Part shown: one piece after another, positions 13,564 through 23,359 of the stretch | Numbering within the stretch: the stretch's first letter is position 1 | How the letters are laid out: every line of letters begins with the position of its first letter | From: an uncultured bacterium | Lineage (GTDB): Bacteria > Krumholzibacteriota > Krumholzibacteriia > LZORAL124-64-63 | Reading direction: 5' to 3' | Assembly: GCA_963727525.1 (NCBI GenBank) | Contig: CAVSGO010000007.1 | Coordinates: 416,001 to 480,000 of the forward strand | Length of the DNA stretch: 64,000 nucleotides | Notes under the pieces: model-generated | Told to the model about the DNA's origin: nothing | Databases searched by the model: none | Seen by the model: the letters and a program-made list of their open reading frames with translations, nothing else | Made by a program: the position numbers and the translations under genes

Positions 13564-14845
13564 TGCGGCACTTGCAGCCAGGGCGACCAAGCCCGAGTTC
13601 ACGGCAGACGAGGTCCAGGCCCATGGCCGCGGCCTGGGCGAGAACGCGGCGGGACTGGTCTGGCGCGAGGCGGCCCGCGCCGTCTACGCCACGCTGGAGC
13701 TGCCCTCGCGCGTCCGTCATCTCTGGAAATACACGGATCCCGTCGATCTGTTGCCGCCCCGGTCCGTTCTTGGGGCCACGCCGGTCAGCGACGACGACGC
13801 GCAGCCGGATCTGCCCGACGGACCGGCCGTTCTGCTGCGGCCCGGACAGGAACCCCGCCTCACGGCGGCCGCTGTGGCAAGCGGCGTCACCGTCGCGCGG
13901 CTGTTCGCAGGCGAGGGGAATTCGTGCCCGCTGGGTTCCGTGGTACCGCCGGCTCATGGGTTCTTCGAGGCGCTGAACGCCGTGGCCTTCGACGCGAGTT
14001 GCCTCGTGCGCGTCCCGCGCAACGCGCAGCTCGTCGACCCACTGCGGATCATCGTGCCGGCCGCGGTCGGCCAGACCGTCGTGTCGCGCGTCCTCGTCGA
14101 CGTCGCGGCAGGCGCACAGGTCACGATCGTGGAGGAGCACAGCGGTGGCGGCAAGGGGAGCCTCACGCTCGGCGTGACGGAGATCCGCGTGGGGCCTGGC
14201 GCGAATGCGCGGCACGTGCTGGTTCAGCGCTGGGAGAGCGGTGCGCGCGGGCATCTCACCGTGCGCGCCCGTGCCGAGCGCGACGCCACCTACCTCTCGG
14301 CGACCGCAAGTTTCGGCGGCGACATCGCCAAGGTCGATCTGGGCTGCGAGCTGGCGGGGCCCGGGGCGCGAAGCGAACTCGTGGGCGTGGCGCTGGCCGA
14401 ACGGCGTCAGCATCTCGATCACCACACCGCGCACCGCCACACGGCCGACCATACCTGGAGCAATATCAACTTCAAGGCGGCCGTGGCGGGAAGAGCACGT
14501 TCGAGCTACACCGGGCTCATCTCCATCGCGAAGGATGCCCCCACGAGCGAAGCCTATCAGGAGAACCGCAACCTCCTGCTGAGCGAGCATGCGCGAGCAG
14601 ATAGCATCCCGGAGCTGGAGATCCTCACCGACGACGTGAGCTGCTCGCACGGCGCCACCGTGGCACCGATCGATCCGGAACAGGTCTTCTACCTGCAGAG
14701 CCGCGGAATCCCGGCCGACGAGGCGATGCGTCTCGTGGTGCGCGGTTTCGTGGAATCCACGCTGCGCCTGGTGCCGGTGCCGCTGCGCGATCAGCTCGGC
14801 GCCGTGGTCGAGGCGCGCCTCGCCGCGCTCCAGGGGAGGGACTGA
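13556..14845 (+). CDS. sufD: Fe-S assembly protein SufD
   Basis: 'WKYTD', '[11 protein letters not shown]', '[18 protein letters not shown]', 'FYLQSRGI'. Confidence 0.93.
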   Translation: MVDAALAARATKPEFTADEVQAHGRGLGENAAGLVWREAARAVYATLELPSRVRHLWKYTDPVDLLPPRSVLGATPVSDDDAQPDLPDGPAVLLRPGQEPRLTAAAVASGVTVARLFAGEGNSCPLGSVVPPAHGFFEALNAVAFDASCLVRVPRNAQLVDPLRIIVPAAVGQTVVSRVLVDVAAGAQVTIVEEHSGGGKGSLTLGVTEIRVGPGANARHVLVQRWESGARGHLTVRARAERDATYLSATASFGGDIAKVDLGCELAGPGARSELVGVALAERRQHLDHHTAHRHTADHTWSNINFKAAVAGRARSSYTGLISIAKDAPTSEAYQENRNLLLSEHARADSIPELEILTDDVSCSHGATVAPIDPEQVFYLQSRGIPADEAMRLVVRGFVESTLRLVPVPLRDQLGAVVEARLAALQGRD

Positions 14846-14846
14846 C

Positions 14847-15164
14847 ATGACCTGGCACCGGGTGTTCGCGCTGGCGGAATTGCCGGTCGGTGACACGCGC
14901 GCGGTCACGGTCGACGGCGAGGAGGTTCTCATCTGCCGCACGGCGGACGACGTCTTGCACGCGATCAGCGACCTCTGCACGCACGACGACGGGCCTCTCG
15001 GCGAGGGTATCCTCGACGGCTGCGAGGTCATCTGTCCGCGCCACGGCGCCCGCTTCGACATCACCACGGGCCAGGCGGTGCGCCTGCCGGCGGTGAGCCC
15101 GGTGGAAGTTTTTCCGGTGCGGATCAACAATGATGGCTGGGTCGAGGTGGAGGTCACCGCATGA
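14847..15164 (+). CDS. Rieske-type [2Fe-2S] ferredoxin
   Basis: CTH...CPRH Rieske motif, within the suf operon. Confidence 0.93.
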   Translation: MTWHRVFALAELPVGDTRAVTVDGEEVLICRTADDVLHAISDLCTHDDGPLGEGILDGCEVICPRHGARFDITTGQAVRLPAVSPVEVFPVRINNDGWVEVEVTA

Positions 15165-16420
15165 GACGCGGGGGTGAGCCGGGCGTGGCCGCGCCGACCC
15201 TGGAGACGGGGCTGCTGCGCGATCGCTTCCCACTTCTCGCGCGCGAGGTGGGTGGCCACCCGCTCGTCTATCTCGACAGCGCGGCCACCAGTCAGAAGCC
15301 CGAGGCCGTGCTGACGGCCCTGGAGCACTATTACCGCGAACTCAACGCGAACGTCCATCGCGGTCAGAACACACTGGCGACCGAAGCCACGAACGCATAC
15401 GAGACATGCCGCGGCAGGGTGGCCGCGTGGCTCGCGGCGCCGAGTGCGGAATCGGTGGTGATCACGCGCGGTGCGACAAGCGCGTTGAACCTTGTGGCCC
15501 GTGGCATCGAGCACCAGCTCCAGCCCGGCGACGAGATCCTGCTCACGGAAATGGAGCACCATGCGAACCTTGTGCCCTGGCAGATGCTCGCGGCGCGCCG
15601 GGGCGTGGTGTTGCGCTTCCTGCCGATCGATGCGCAGGGGCGCCTCGCCCTCGATCGTCTCGACAACCTGCTGACCTCGCGCACGCGGATCGTATCGCTG
15701 ACCCACGTGAGCAATGTGCTGGGCACCGTCAATCCGGTGGCGGAGATCGCGGCGGCCGCCCACGCCAGCGAGGCCCTCGTCATCGTGGACGCGGCCCAGT
15801 CCATCGGCCACCGGCCCGTGAGCTTCCGCGACCTCGGCTGCGACCTGCTCGTCTTCTCCGCCCACAAGGTCTACGGCCCGATGGGGCTGGGTTTCCTGGT
15901 GGGCCGCCCGCATGTGCTTGACTCGCTCGAGCCCATGGAAGGCGGCGGCGAGATGATCGAGTGGGTGCAGTGGGAGTCGTCCACCTGGGCCGATGTGCCG
16001 CTGCGCTTCGAGGCCGGCACGCCCAACGTGGCCGCGGCGGCCGCGTTTCCGCCGGCGATCGACATGCTGGATGAGCTGGGGCTGACGATGGTCCAGGCGC
16101 ACGAGGAAGCGCTCGTGGGCTATGCGCTGGAAGCGCTGCAGGGCCTCGGCGGCCTGACGATCTACGGCCCCGAAGACCCGACGCAGCGCGGCGGCCTGGT
16201 GAGCTTTCACGACCCGCTCATCCATCCGCACGACCTCAGCACGATCCTCGACCAGTTCGGCGTCGCCGTGCGCGCGGGTCATCACTGCGCGCAGCCGCTG
16301 CATCGTCGGCTCGGCGTACCGGCCACGACGCGCGCCAGCTTTGGCATCTACAATCGCCGCGACGAGATCGATGCCCTCGTCGCCGGCATCCGCGAGGCGA
16401 GGAAGGTGTTCGGCGCATGA
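15161..16420 (+). CDS. sufS: Cysteine desulfurase SufS
   Basis: 'YLDSAATSQKP', SAHK (PLP Lys), 'RFEAGTP', 'RAGHHCAQP'. Confidence 0.96.
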   Translation: MRRGGEPGVAAPTLETGLLRDRFPLLAREVGGHPLVYLDSAATSQKPEAVLTALEHYYRELNANVHRGQNTLATEATNAYETCRGRVAAWLAAPSAESVVITRGATSALNLVARGIEHQLQPGDEILLTEMEHHANLVPWQMLAARRGVVLRFLPIDAQGRLALDRLDNLLTSRTRIVSLTHVSNVLGTVNPVAEIAAAAHASEALVIVDAAQSIGHRPVSFRDLGCDLLVFSAHKVYGPMGLGFLVGRPHVLDSLEPMEGGGEMIEWVQWESSTWADVPLRFEAGTPNVAAAAAFPPAIDMLDELGLTMVQAHEEALVGYALEALQGLGGLTIYGPEDPTQRGGLVSFHDPLIHPHDLSTILDQFGVAVRAGHHCAQPLHRRLGVPATTRASFGIYNRRDEIDALVAGIREARKVFGA

Positions 16421-16950
16421 GCGAGAACCTGGACGCGCTGTACCGCGAGGTCGTCCTCGAGCACCACCGGCACCCGCACGGGAGCCGCCCCCTCGACCAT
16501 CCCGACGTGGAGGCCGCCGGGCGCAACCCCTCGTGCGGCGACGAGGTGACGCTTCAGATGACCTTCGACGGCGACCGTATCACCGGGGTCGGCGTGCTCT
16601 CGCAGGGCTGCGCCATCTCCACCAGCAGCGGCTCGATGATGGCTGAGCTGGTCGAGGGCGCCACCGTGGCCGAGGCCGAGGCCATCGCCGAACGTTTCCG
16701 CAGCGTGATGCATGGCAAGGAGTGGCCCGCCGACCTCGACCTCGGTGACCTCGAGGCGCTCGATGGCGTGAAGAAGTTCCCCGTGCGCGTGAAGTGCGCA
16801 CTTCTGCCCTGGGTGACGCTGCTCGACGCCATCCTCGCGCGCCAGCAAGGCCGTGAACCACGCCCGGTCTCCACCGACGGTACAGCCGCCGACGGCGCGC
16901 CGATGGACGTCACGATCCAGGACCACCCGCGCGGAGAGGAATCGCGATGA
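16417..16950 (+). CDS. sufU: SufU/NifU-like sulfur-transfer protein
   Basis: 'NPSCGDEV', 'GCAISTSSGSMM', 'PVRVKCALLPW'. Confidence 0.93.
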   Translation: MSENLDALYREVVLEHHRHPHGSRPLDHPDVEAAGRNPSCGDEVTLQMTFDGDRITGVGVLSQGCAISTSSGSMMAELVEGATVAEAEAIAERFRSVMHGKEWPADLDLGDLEALDGVKKFPVRVKCALLPWVTLLDAILARQQGREPRPVSTDGTAADGAPMDVTIQDHPRGEESR

Positions 16951-17273
16951 ACGAGACCGCCACTCCCGGCCCCGAGGACATCCTCGAGAGTCTGCGCCCC
17001 GTCAAGGACCCGGAACTCGACCTCTCGATCGTCGACCTCGGCCTCGTACGAGGCATCACCTTCGAGGAAGACACGGGACGCGCGGACATCGACCTCACCC
17101 TCACCAGCCCCATGTGCCCCCTCGGACCCGAGATCATGGCCGCCACCAAGAGCGCCGCGCAACGCCTGCCCGGCGTCCGCGAGGCCGTCATCAACCTGGT
17201 GTGGTCGCCCCTGTGGGACCCGCGCGTCGACGCCAGCGAGGAAGCCAAAGCCGCGCTGGGGATCTGGGACTAG
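16947..17273 (+). CDS. sufT: DUF59/SufT metal-sulfur cluster biosynthesis protein
   Basis: 'VKDPEL..SIVDLGLV', 'TLTSPMCP', 'VWSPLWDP'. Confidence 0.9.
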   Translation: MNETATPGPEDILESLRPVKDPELDLSIVDLGLVRGITFEEDTGRADIDLTLTSPMCPLGPEIMAATKSAAQRLPGVREAVINLVWSPLWDPRVDASEEAKAALGIWD

Positions 17274-17473
17274 CTCCCGTTTCCACTCGCAGGTTCCCGT
17301 CGCCCGGTATCTCTTGTTGGCCAGCAGGGAAACCCTGCCCACCTATCTCGGCAGACTCCGGGCATGCACTCTCGAATTGAGCCCATCCAAATCTACGAAG
17401 CCCGCGCTTTCTGCGATTCCCGCTGTCAGCTATCCTATCTGTGCCTCCAGGCTGCGTTAACCGAATCCACCGA

Positions 17474-17497
17474 GTTCGAGTCCAACCAGGGGAGCCA
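17474..17497 (+). mobile_element. 3'-terminal fragment of a tRNA-Asn-like gene (candidate att site or integration scar)
   Basis: GTTCGAGTCCAACCAGGGGAGCCA reads as T-loop, 3' T-stem, acceptor strand, G73 and CCA. A degenerate GGCTGCGTTAACCG upstream resembles an Asn(GTT) anticodon arm. No 5' half is present. Confidence 0.6.
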
Positions 17498-17620
17498 GCG
17501 AATCTTCGGGCTACCCGTCTTCCCTACAGGTTGACTGACTCGGCGCCGATTCGTCGCGGCTGTAGGGCGCTGGGAACGGATGAAGTACGCACGGAAATCA
17601 AAACCGCGTTTGTGTTCGAA

Positions 17621-17660
17621 TTTATAGTTGCCTAAAATAAAAATTAGAATACTCTAAATT
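17621..17660. promoter_or_regulatory. Tandem DtxR/MntR-family operator sites
   Basis: Perfect dyad TTAGA-ATAC-TCTAA (17644-17657) and imperfect TTAT-AGTTGC-CTAA (17622-17635), 22 bp apart, upstream of an operon encoding a DtxR-family repressor. Confidence 0.7.
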
Positions 17661-17689
17661 CTTCGATGTGCTGGAAAGGAGTGTGGCAG

Positions 17690-18499
17690 ATGCAATTTTT
17701 CGGCAATGGCGGCTATTCGAATTCCCTCCGGGCCGTCCTGGGTCTTTCGATCGCGATTGCGGTCGCTATGCTCATGCCGGCGTTTATCGCTGCGGCGGAG
17801 GCCGATCCAGCGCCTGAGATCGTTGGCGACCGCCCCGATTATACGGAGAGCGCCGTCACCATTGCGTCGTCCCATCTGCAGGGGGAGGTCGGACTTGACT
17901 ATTCGACTCTCGGTGGTGACAAGGTTCTCACGATTCCTAACCTACTGTTGCGCTACGGGGTGGGGGACAATCTCGAGGTCCGATTCGGGGTCCCGTCCCT
18001 CAACGTCGTCTATGTCGGTTCGCGTACGTTGTCCGAGCCGGGAAGCCTCGAGTTGGGGCTCAAGGCCACTTCCGGGTGGGGACGCAGGGGAAGGGTTGGC
18101 CTGTTGCCATTCGTCGAGCTACCGGTCAAGTCGGAACAGTGGTCCGGATCGGGAGTCGGTGTCGGACTCAAGGCACTCTGGTCCGTGGATTTCACCGATG
18201 ACGTTGGCCTGGGCGGGAATGTCGGTGTCGTATTCGAAGGCGTCACGCCTGCAAGTGCGGAACCTATGACGACGTACCTGGCGTCCACGAGCCTTGGCTT
18301 CACATTGAATGAGCGGCTTGGGGCCTTCACGGAGCTATACGGCCTTGAGGATGGCGGGGCAAAGGTCGGTCTGGTGGCGGACGGCGGTTTCACGTATCTG
18401 GTTGCGCCGTGGCTTCAATTCGATCTGTACTTCGGGACTGGCTTGACGCCGCCGACGAGCGGCATCGATATCGGTTTCGGTGGGGTTTTCCTGCTGTGA
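17690..18499 (+). CDS. Putative outer-membrane beta-barrel 'transporter' (MetA-pathway/SphA-like family)
   Basis: AAGGAG RBS; signal peptide; N-terminal 'DRPDYTESAVTI...LQGE'; alternating amphipathic strands; hydrophobic C-terminal strand. Confidence 0.72.
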   Translation: MQFFGNGGYSNSLRAVLGLSIAIAVAMLMPAFIAAAEADPAPEIVGDRPDYTESAVTIASSHLQGEVGLDYSTLGGDKVLTIPNLLLRYGVGDNLEVRFGVPSLNVVYVGSRTLSEPGSLELGLKATSGWGRRGRVGLLPFVELPVKSEQWSGSGVGVGLKALWSVDFTDDVGLGGNVGVVFEGVTPASAEPMTTYLASTSLGFTLNERLGAFTELYGLEDGGAKVGLVADGGFTYLVAPWLQFDLYFGTGLTPPTSGIDIGFGGVFLL

Positions 18500-19215
18500 T
18501 GACTGAACGGATCGATACCACCGGTCGGTTCCTGGGAAAGGCCGTGGAGGACTATCTCAAGGCGACCTTGTCCCTGGGCGAGGCCGGCCAGCGGGTCTCG
18601 ACCTCCGCGCTGGCCGAACGTCTCGGGATCAAGCCGCCCTCGGTGACCGCCATGTTGAAGAGACTGAGCCGGGAATATCCTCGGCTCCTGGACTACCAGT
18701 CCCACCAGGGGGTCCGACTCACGAAGACAGGTGAACGAATCGCGCTCGATGTGGTTCGCCGTCATCGACTCATCGAGGTCTTCCTGGTCACGACGCTGGG
18801 ATATCGCTGGGATGAGGTCCACGAGGAGGCCCATCGGCTGGAGCACAGCGTATCGAGTACGTTCGTCGATCGCATCGATCGCCTGCTCGGTTATCCCGCG
18901 GTCGATCCTCACGGCCGCCCCATCCCCCGCGACGACGGCGTGGTCACCGAGCTGGCGGAAATCCCGTTGACTGAAGCGAAGACGGGCGAGACGGTTCGCG
19001 TGTCGAGTGTGCGCTCCGAGGAAGTGGCGTTCCTGCAGTATCTCTCCAGCCTGGGCATTGGCCTCGGTTCGCCCCTCGCAGTCCAGGAGATTTCCCCGCT
19101 GGGAGATGTGATGACGATCGCGGTAGGATCCGACGGTGGTGGTGGCCACCATGTGATCGGTGCGGGAGTCGCTCGCGAGATCTTCGTATCGGCAGAAAAA
19201 GGTGAGTCGACATGA
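18499..19215 (+). CDS. mntR: DtxR/MntR-family metal-dependent repressor with C-terminal FeoA-like domain
   Basis: 'EDYLKA', 'PPSVTAMLKRL', 'RRHRLIEVFL', 'VHEEAHRLEH', 'DPHGRPIP'; TGATG overlap. Confidence 0.92.
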   Translation: MTERIDTTGRFLGKAVEDYLKATLSLGEAGQRVSTSALAERLGIKPPSVTAMLKRLSREYPRLLDYQSHQGVRLTKTGERIALDVVRRHRLIEVFLVTTLGYRWDEVHEEAHRLEHSVSSTFVDRIDRLLGYPAVDPHGRPIPRDDGVVTELAEIPLTEAKTGETVRVSSVRSEEVAFLQYLSSLGIGLGSPLAVQEISPLGDVMTIAVGSDGGGGHHVIGAGVAREIFVSAEKGEST

Positions 19216-21113
19216 CGAAAGACCAGGCGCGGGGGCCACAAACCGCTGACCACGCCCACGGGAAATCCCTCGACGAGGTCCACGGCACCGTGGGAACCCG
19301 CTATCCATCGATGTGGAAGCGGATGTTCGCGTTTGCCGGTCCGGCCTACCTGGTCAGCGTCGGCTACATGGATCCGGGGAACTGGGCCACCGACCTGGAA
19401 GGGGGCTCGCGCTTCGGCTATACGCTGATCTGGGTCATCCTGATGTCGAACCTGATGGCGGTGCTGCTGCAGACGCTATCGGCCAGGCTCGGCATCGTCA
19501 CCGGCAAGGATCTGGCCCAGGCGTGTCGGGCGGAGTACTCGAAGGCGGCGTCATTCGCGTTGTGGATCCTCTGCGAGATCGCGATCGCCGCCTGCGATCT
19601 GGCCGAAGTGCTCGGCACGATCCTGGGGTTGAACCTGCTGTTCGGCATTCCGCTCATGTGGGGCGCGGCGGTCACGCTCCTCGATACGTTCCTGCTGCTG
19701 GCGATTCAGCGTCTCGGTATCCGCAAGATGGAGGCGTTCATCCTGGGGCTGATCGGCATCATCGCGTGCGGATTCATCGTGAACCTGTTCCTGGCGAAAC
19801 CGGATTGGGGGGCTGCGGCTGCGGGGCTGGTACCGAAGCTGCCGAGCGGGGCGCTCTACATCGCCCTGGGTATCATTGGCGCGACGGTGATGCCGCATAA
19901 TCTGTATCTGCATTCGTCACTGGTGCAGACGCGCAAGGTGTCGCGCACGTTCGACTCGCGCAGCCAGGCCTGCCGCTTCAACCTGATCGATTCGGTGGTC
20001 GCACTGAATCTGGCCTTCTTCGTCAACGCGGCGATCCTCGTGCTGGCCGCCGCGGTGTTTCACCGTCATGGGATCGTCGTCACCGAGATCCAGCAAGCCC
20101 ACCACATGCTCGACCAGTTCCTGGGTTCCCGCGTGGCCCCGATCGCCTTCGGTGTCGCCTTGCTGGCGGCCGGCCAGAGCTCGACGCTCACGGGCACTCT
20201 GGCTGGCCAGATCGTCATGGAGGGCTTCATCCACGTGCGCTTGCGCCCCTGGTTGCGGCGCCTGGTGACACGTTCGATCGCCCTGGTGCCCGCGGTCATC
20301 GTGATCTCGGCATCCGGTGACCACGGCACGTACCTGCTGCTGATCCTCAGCCAGGTGATCCTGAGCCTGCAGCTCCCGTTCGCGATCGTGCCGCTGGTGC
20401 ATTTCACGAGCGACAAGGTCAAGATGGGGGCGTTCGCGAACCGGGCGTGGGTCAAGATCCTGGCCTGGATCACCTCGATCCTGATCATCGGGTTGAATGG
20501 CAAGCTGGTGTGGGATCAGATCGGTAGCTGGTCGGCCGAGGGTACACCGTCGGTGGTGTCCTTGCTGGTGACCGTGCTGGCGATCGGGATCGGGCTGTTC
20601 CTGCTCTACATCATCGTGCTGCCACTGTTACGCCGCAGCCGGCCATGGCCGGAAGTGCGCGGCGTCGACACGACCGGCATCATCGCGCGCATCGCGACCC
20701 GGCCGGCGAAACATATCGTGGCCGCGCTGGGGTTGGATGACGGTGACGCGACGGTGATCAGCCACGCGGTCACGCTGGCAAAGGCCGAGCACGCGCTGCT
20801 GACCCTGGTCCACGTGGTCGACTCCGCACCGTCCCAGGTCTACGGTAGCGACACCTACGACGAACATACCCGCGCCGATGAGCAGTACCTCTCCTGCATC
20901 GCCGAGGAACTGCGGGCGATGGGTGCCGTGGTGGAGATCGCACTGCCGCACGGCGATCCGGTCAAGGAGCTGGCGACCTTCGTCTCATCGCACGGAGTGG
21001 ATCTTCTTGTCATGGGGTCGCACGGACACCGTATGCTGGGCGACATCCTTCTGGGCCAGACCGTGGATCCGTTGCGCCATCGGGTGGAGATACCGGTGTT
21101 CGTCGTCCGGTAG
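19212..21113 (+). CDS. mntH: Nramp divalent metal (Mn2+) transporter with C-terminal universal stress protein domain
   Basis: 'GYMDPGNW', 'GATVMPHNLYLHS', 'GQSSTLTGTLAGQIVMEGF'; Usp tail 'LLVMGSHGH...LLGQTV'. Confidence 0.94.
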   Translation: MTKDQARGPQTADHAHGKSLDEVHGTVGTRYPSMWKRMFAFAGPAYLVSVGYMDPGNWATDLEGGSRFGYTLIWVILMSNLMAVLLQTLSARLGIVTGKDLAQACRAEYSKAASFALWILCEIAIAACDLAEVLGTILGLNLLFGIPLMWGAAVTLLDTFLLLAIQRLGIRKMEAFILGLIGIIACGFIVNLFLAKPDWGAAAAGLVPKLPSGALYIALGIIGATVMPHNLYLHSSLVQTRKVSRTFDSRSQACRFNLIDSVVALNLAFFVNAAILVLAAAVFHRHGIVVTEIQQAHHMLDQFLGSRVAPIAFGVALLAAGQSSTLTGTLAGQIVMEGFIHVRLRPWLRRLVTRSIALVPAVIVISASGDHGTYLLLILSQVILSLQLPFAIVPLVHFTSDKVKMGAFANRAWVKILAWITSILIIGLNGKLVWDQIGSWSAEGTPSVVSLLVTVLAIGIGLFLLYIIVLPLLRRSRPWPEVRGVDTTGIIARIATRPAKHIVAALGLDDGDATVISHAVTLAKAEHALLTLVHVVDSAPSQVYGSDTYDEHTRADEQYLSCIAEELRAMGAVVEIALPHGDPVKELATFVSSHGVDLLVMGSHGHRMLGDILLGQTVDPLRHRVEIPVFVVR

Positions 21114-21454
21114 AATGTCGCTGGCTGGTTCCGACACAGCGCCGGCTGGTTCGACGTGGTTCTCGCCCGGAGGTCCGGGTCGACCGTCGTTGCGACTGCA
21201 AGAGGTCGTGGCACGGGGCATCCGCGGCAGGAAGGCCGTCACGCGGATCGATGGGCAGCGTGACCCGCGGATCTCTCTCCGGGGAGGCTGCGCGACGAAT
21301 CGGCGTGGCGTGGCGAGTGTGAATGGGGTGGAGGCCCCGGCGTTCCGGTGTTAACCTGGCTTCGTCACGGCGGGGGGCCCGGTCAGGTCTCCCGCCTCGT
21401 GTCAGCCCGAGGACTTGCATGGGATTGCCAGACCGGGAAGCCGTCCGTTCCACG

Positions 21455-23359
21455 GTGCGCCGCGACATCGCGATCGTCGTGGTCGTGGCGGTGGCGTTTC
21501 GCGCGCTCTATCTCGCGCTCTACCATGGCTCGCCGTTCTACCACGTCCCCGTCGTCGATGCCTCGACGTTTCGCCTCTGGGCGCAGGCGCTGCACGAGGG
21601 GCACGCTTTCATGCCGGGCGTCTACTTCAAACCGCCGCTCTATCCGTGGCTGCTGGCGGCTTTGATGGGCGTTGTCGGTGGCGCATTGACGCCGGTGTAC
21701 GTGCTGCAGGCGCTGGTCGGTGTTGCGACCTGTGTGTTCACGCTAGCGCTTGGCCGCCGCATCTTCACGCCGCGGGTCGCGCTCGAGGGCGCCGTGATCT
21801 GTGGCTTGCTGCCGGTGCTGCCGTTCCTCGAGTTCCAGCTCCTTGCCGAGTCGTGGACCACCGCGATGATGATGGCGGCGCTCGTCATGTTGCCGCCGCG
21901 GCCGTGGCCGCCGGGGCGGACGATCGCGGCGGGGCTGCTGCTCGGCGTGGCCGCGCTGGGGCGGCCCAATCTACTGCTCGTGCCGGCGTTCCTCGCGGTG
22001 GGGATGGCGTGGCCCTTCTCGGGACGCGGGCGGCTGGCACCGGCCATGGTCCTCGTGCTGGCGACGTGCGTGGGGATCGCTCCCGCGACTCTGCACAACC
22101 TCGCGCAGGGGCACGCGGTGCTGGTGAGCGCCAACGCTGGTGCGAATCTGTGGGCTGGCATCCGGCCGGGCGCCGATGGCACGTCGGCCATTCCCATCGG
22201 GATCCAGTGGGATGATCTCCAGCGGCAGAGTGCGCAGGCGGGGGCGCGCGATGCGGCGGACGCGAGCCGGTATCTCATCGGGCGAACGCTCCACGAGGCG
22301 GCGCAAAGGCCGCTACGCGCGCTGGGTTTGCTGGCGCGCAAGGCCTTGCTGCTCGTCAATGCACACGAGGGGCGCAACAACATCGGGCCCACGTACCTGG
22401 CGCGTCACGAGGGCGTGGTGGTGCTGCGCCGCTGGTGGCCGGGATTCTGGCTCGTGGCGCCGTTCGCGCTGCTGGGCCTCGTCACGCTTGCGCGACCGGC
22501 CTGGTTCGCCGCCGTGCGGCCGCCGGGCGCGGTGGCGCCGCTACTGCTCACGCTCGCGGCGCTGACGGCGTCGATCGTGCCGTTCTTCGTGAATGCTCGC
22601 TTCCGGCAGCCGTTGCTGCCGGTGCTGGCCTTGCTGGCGGCGTATGGCCTCGGGAACGTCCTCGCGGCACTGAGGGCAGGAGGCCGATCCGCAATACGCG
22701 CCGGTGCAGGATTGCTGGTGCTGGCGCTGGTCGTGAACGTCGACTGGTTCGGTGTCGGTCGCGCCGAGACGGGTGCGCGCGACGAACTGAACCTCGCCGG
22801 CATCCTGGCGAAGGGGTGGGCTGGTCACCCGGCCGATCCCGAAGCAGCGCTCGCGCGCTACGCCACGGCGGCCCGGCTCGATCCCGACGACCCGGATGCC
22901 TCCGAGCGCGAGGGGCTCGAGCGCCAGAGCCTGGCGATCGATCTGCTCCAGCGCGCCGAAAAGGCAGGTCAAACCGGCGCCGACGCGGGGCGCTTCGCCG
23001 CGGCCGCGGCCGACCAGCTCCACCAGGCGGTGGCGCTGCACCAGCGTGCGATCGCCCTGTTTCCGGACGCCTTCCGCAGCTACGGCGGCGTCGCCAGCAG
23101 CCGGTCGCTGCTGGGGCGCATCGCTGCGAGGCAGGTGGAGGGCGCCCTCGCGGCCGTCGATTCCACGGCGGCGCGGCAGGCCGCCGTGGTCGCCATCCAC
23201 GAGATGGAGGATGCGGTGGCGGCCTGGCAGGCCGCGTTGCGCCTGAAGCCGGATCTTCCGGGCGCGCATGAGAACCTCGCCGCATGTGTGCAACAGATCC
23301 GTGCGCTGCCGGCTCTCGACCCGGCGATCGCCGCGGCGCAGGCGAAGCTGGTCCGTTAA
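21455..23359 (+). CDS. GT-C (GT39/PMT-like) integral membrane glycosyltransferase with C-terminal TPR-like repeats
   Basis: Multiple TM segments; 'VVDAST', 'YFKPPLYP', 'RPN', 'NLWAG', 'FFVNARFRQP'; helical TPR-like tail. Start uncertain (21419 or 21455). Confidence 0.75.
   Translation: MRRDIAIVVVVAVAFRALYLALYHGSPFYHVPVVDASTFRLWAQALHEGHAFMPGVYFKPPLYPWLLAALMGVVGGALTPVYVLQALVGVATCVFTLALGRRIFTPRVALEGAVICGLLPVLPFLEFQLLAESWTTAMMMAALVMLPPRPWPPGRTIAAGLLLGVAALGRPNLLLVPAFLAVGMAWPFSGRGRLAPAMVLVLATCVGIAPATLHNLAQGHAVLVSANAGANLWAGIRPGADGTSAIPIGIQWDDLQRQSAQAGARDAADASRYLIGRTLHEAAQRPLRALGLLARKALLLVNAHEGRNNIGPTYLARHEGVVVLRRWWPGFWLVAPFALLGLVTLARPAWFAAVRPPGAVAPLLLTLAALTASIVPFFVNARFRQPLLPVLALLAAYGLGNVLAALRAGGRSAIRAGAGLLVLALVVNVDWFGVGRAETGARDELNLAGILAKGWAGHPADPEAALARYATAARLDPDDPDASEREGLERQSLAIDLLQRAEKAGQTGADAGRFAAAAADQLHQAVALHQRAIALFPDAFRSYGGVASSRSLLGRIAARQVEGALAAVDSTAARQAAVVAIHEMEDAVAAWQAALRLKPDLPGAHENLAACVQQIRALPALDPAIAAAQAKLVR

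Noticed and set aside
17400-17497. Intact tRNA-Asn gene
   Set aside because: No matching 5' acceptor strand or D-arm, and the 5' T-stem does not pair; only the 3' fragment is supported.
17500-17690. yybP-ykoY Mn riboswitch before the Mn operon
   Set aside because: No convincing motif by eye; the DtxR-type dyads already explain regulation. An Rfam scan would settle it.
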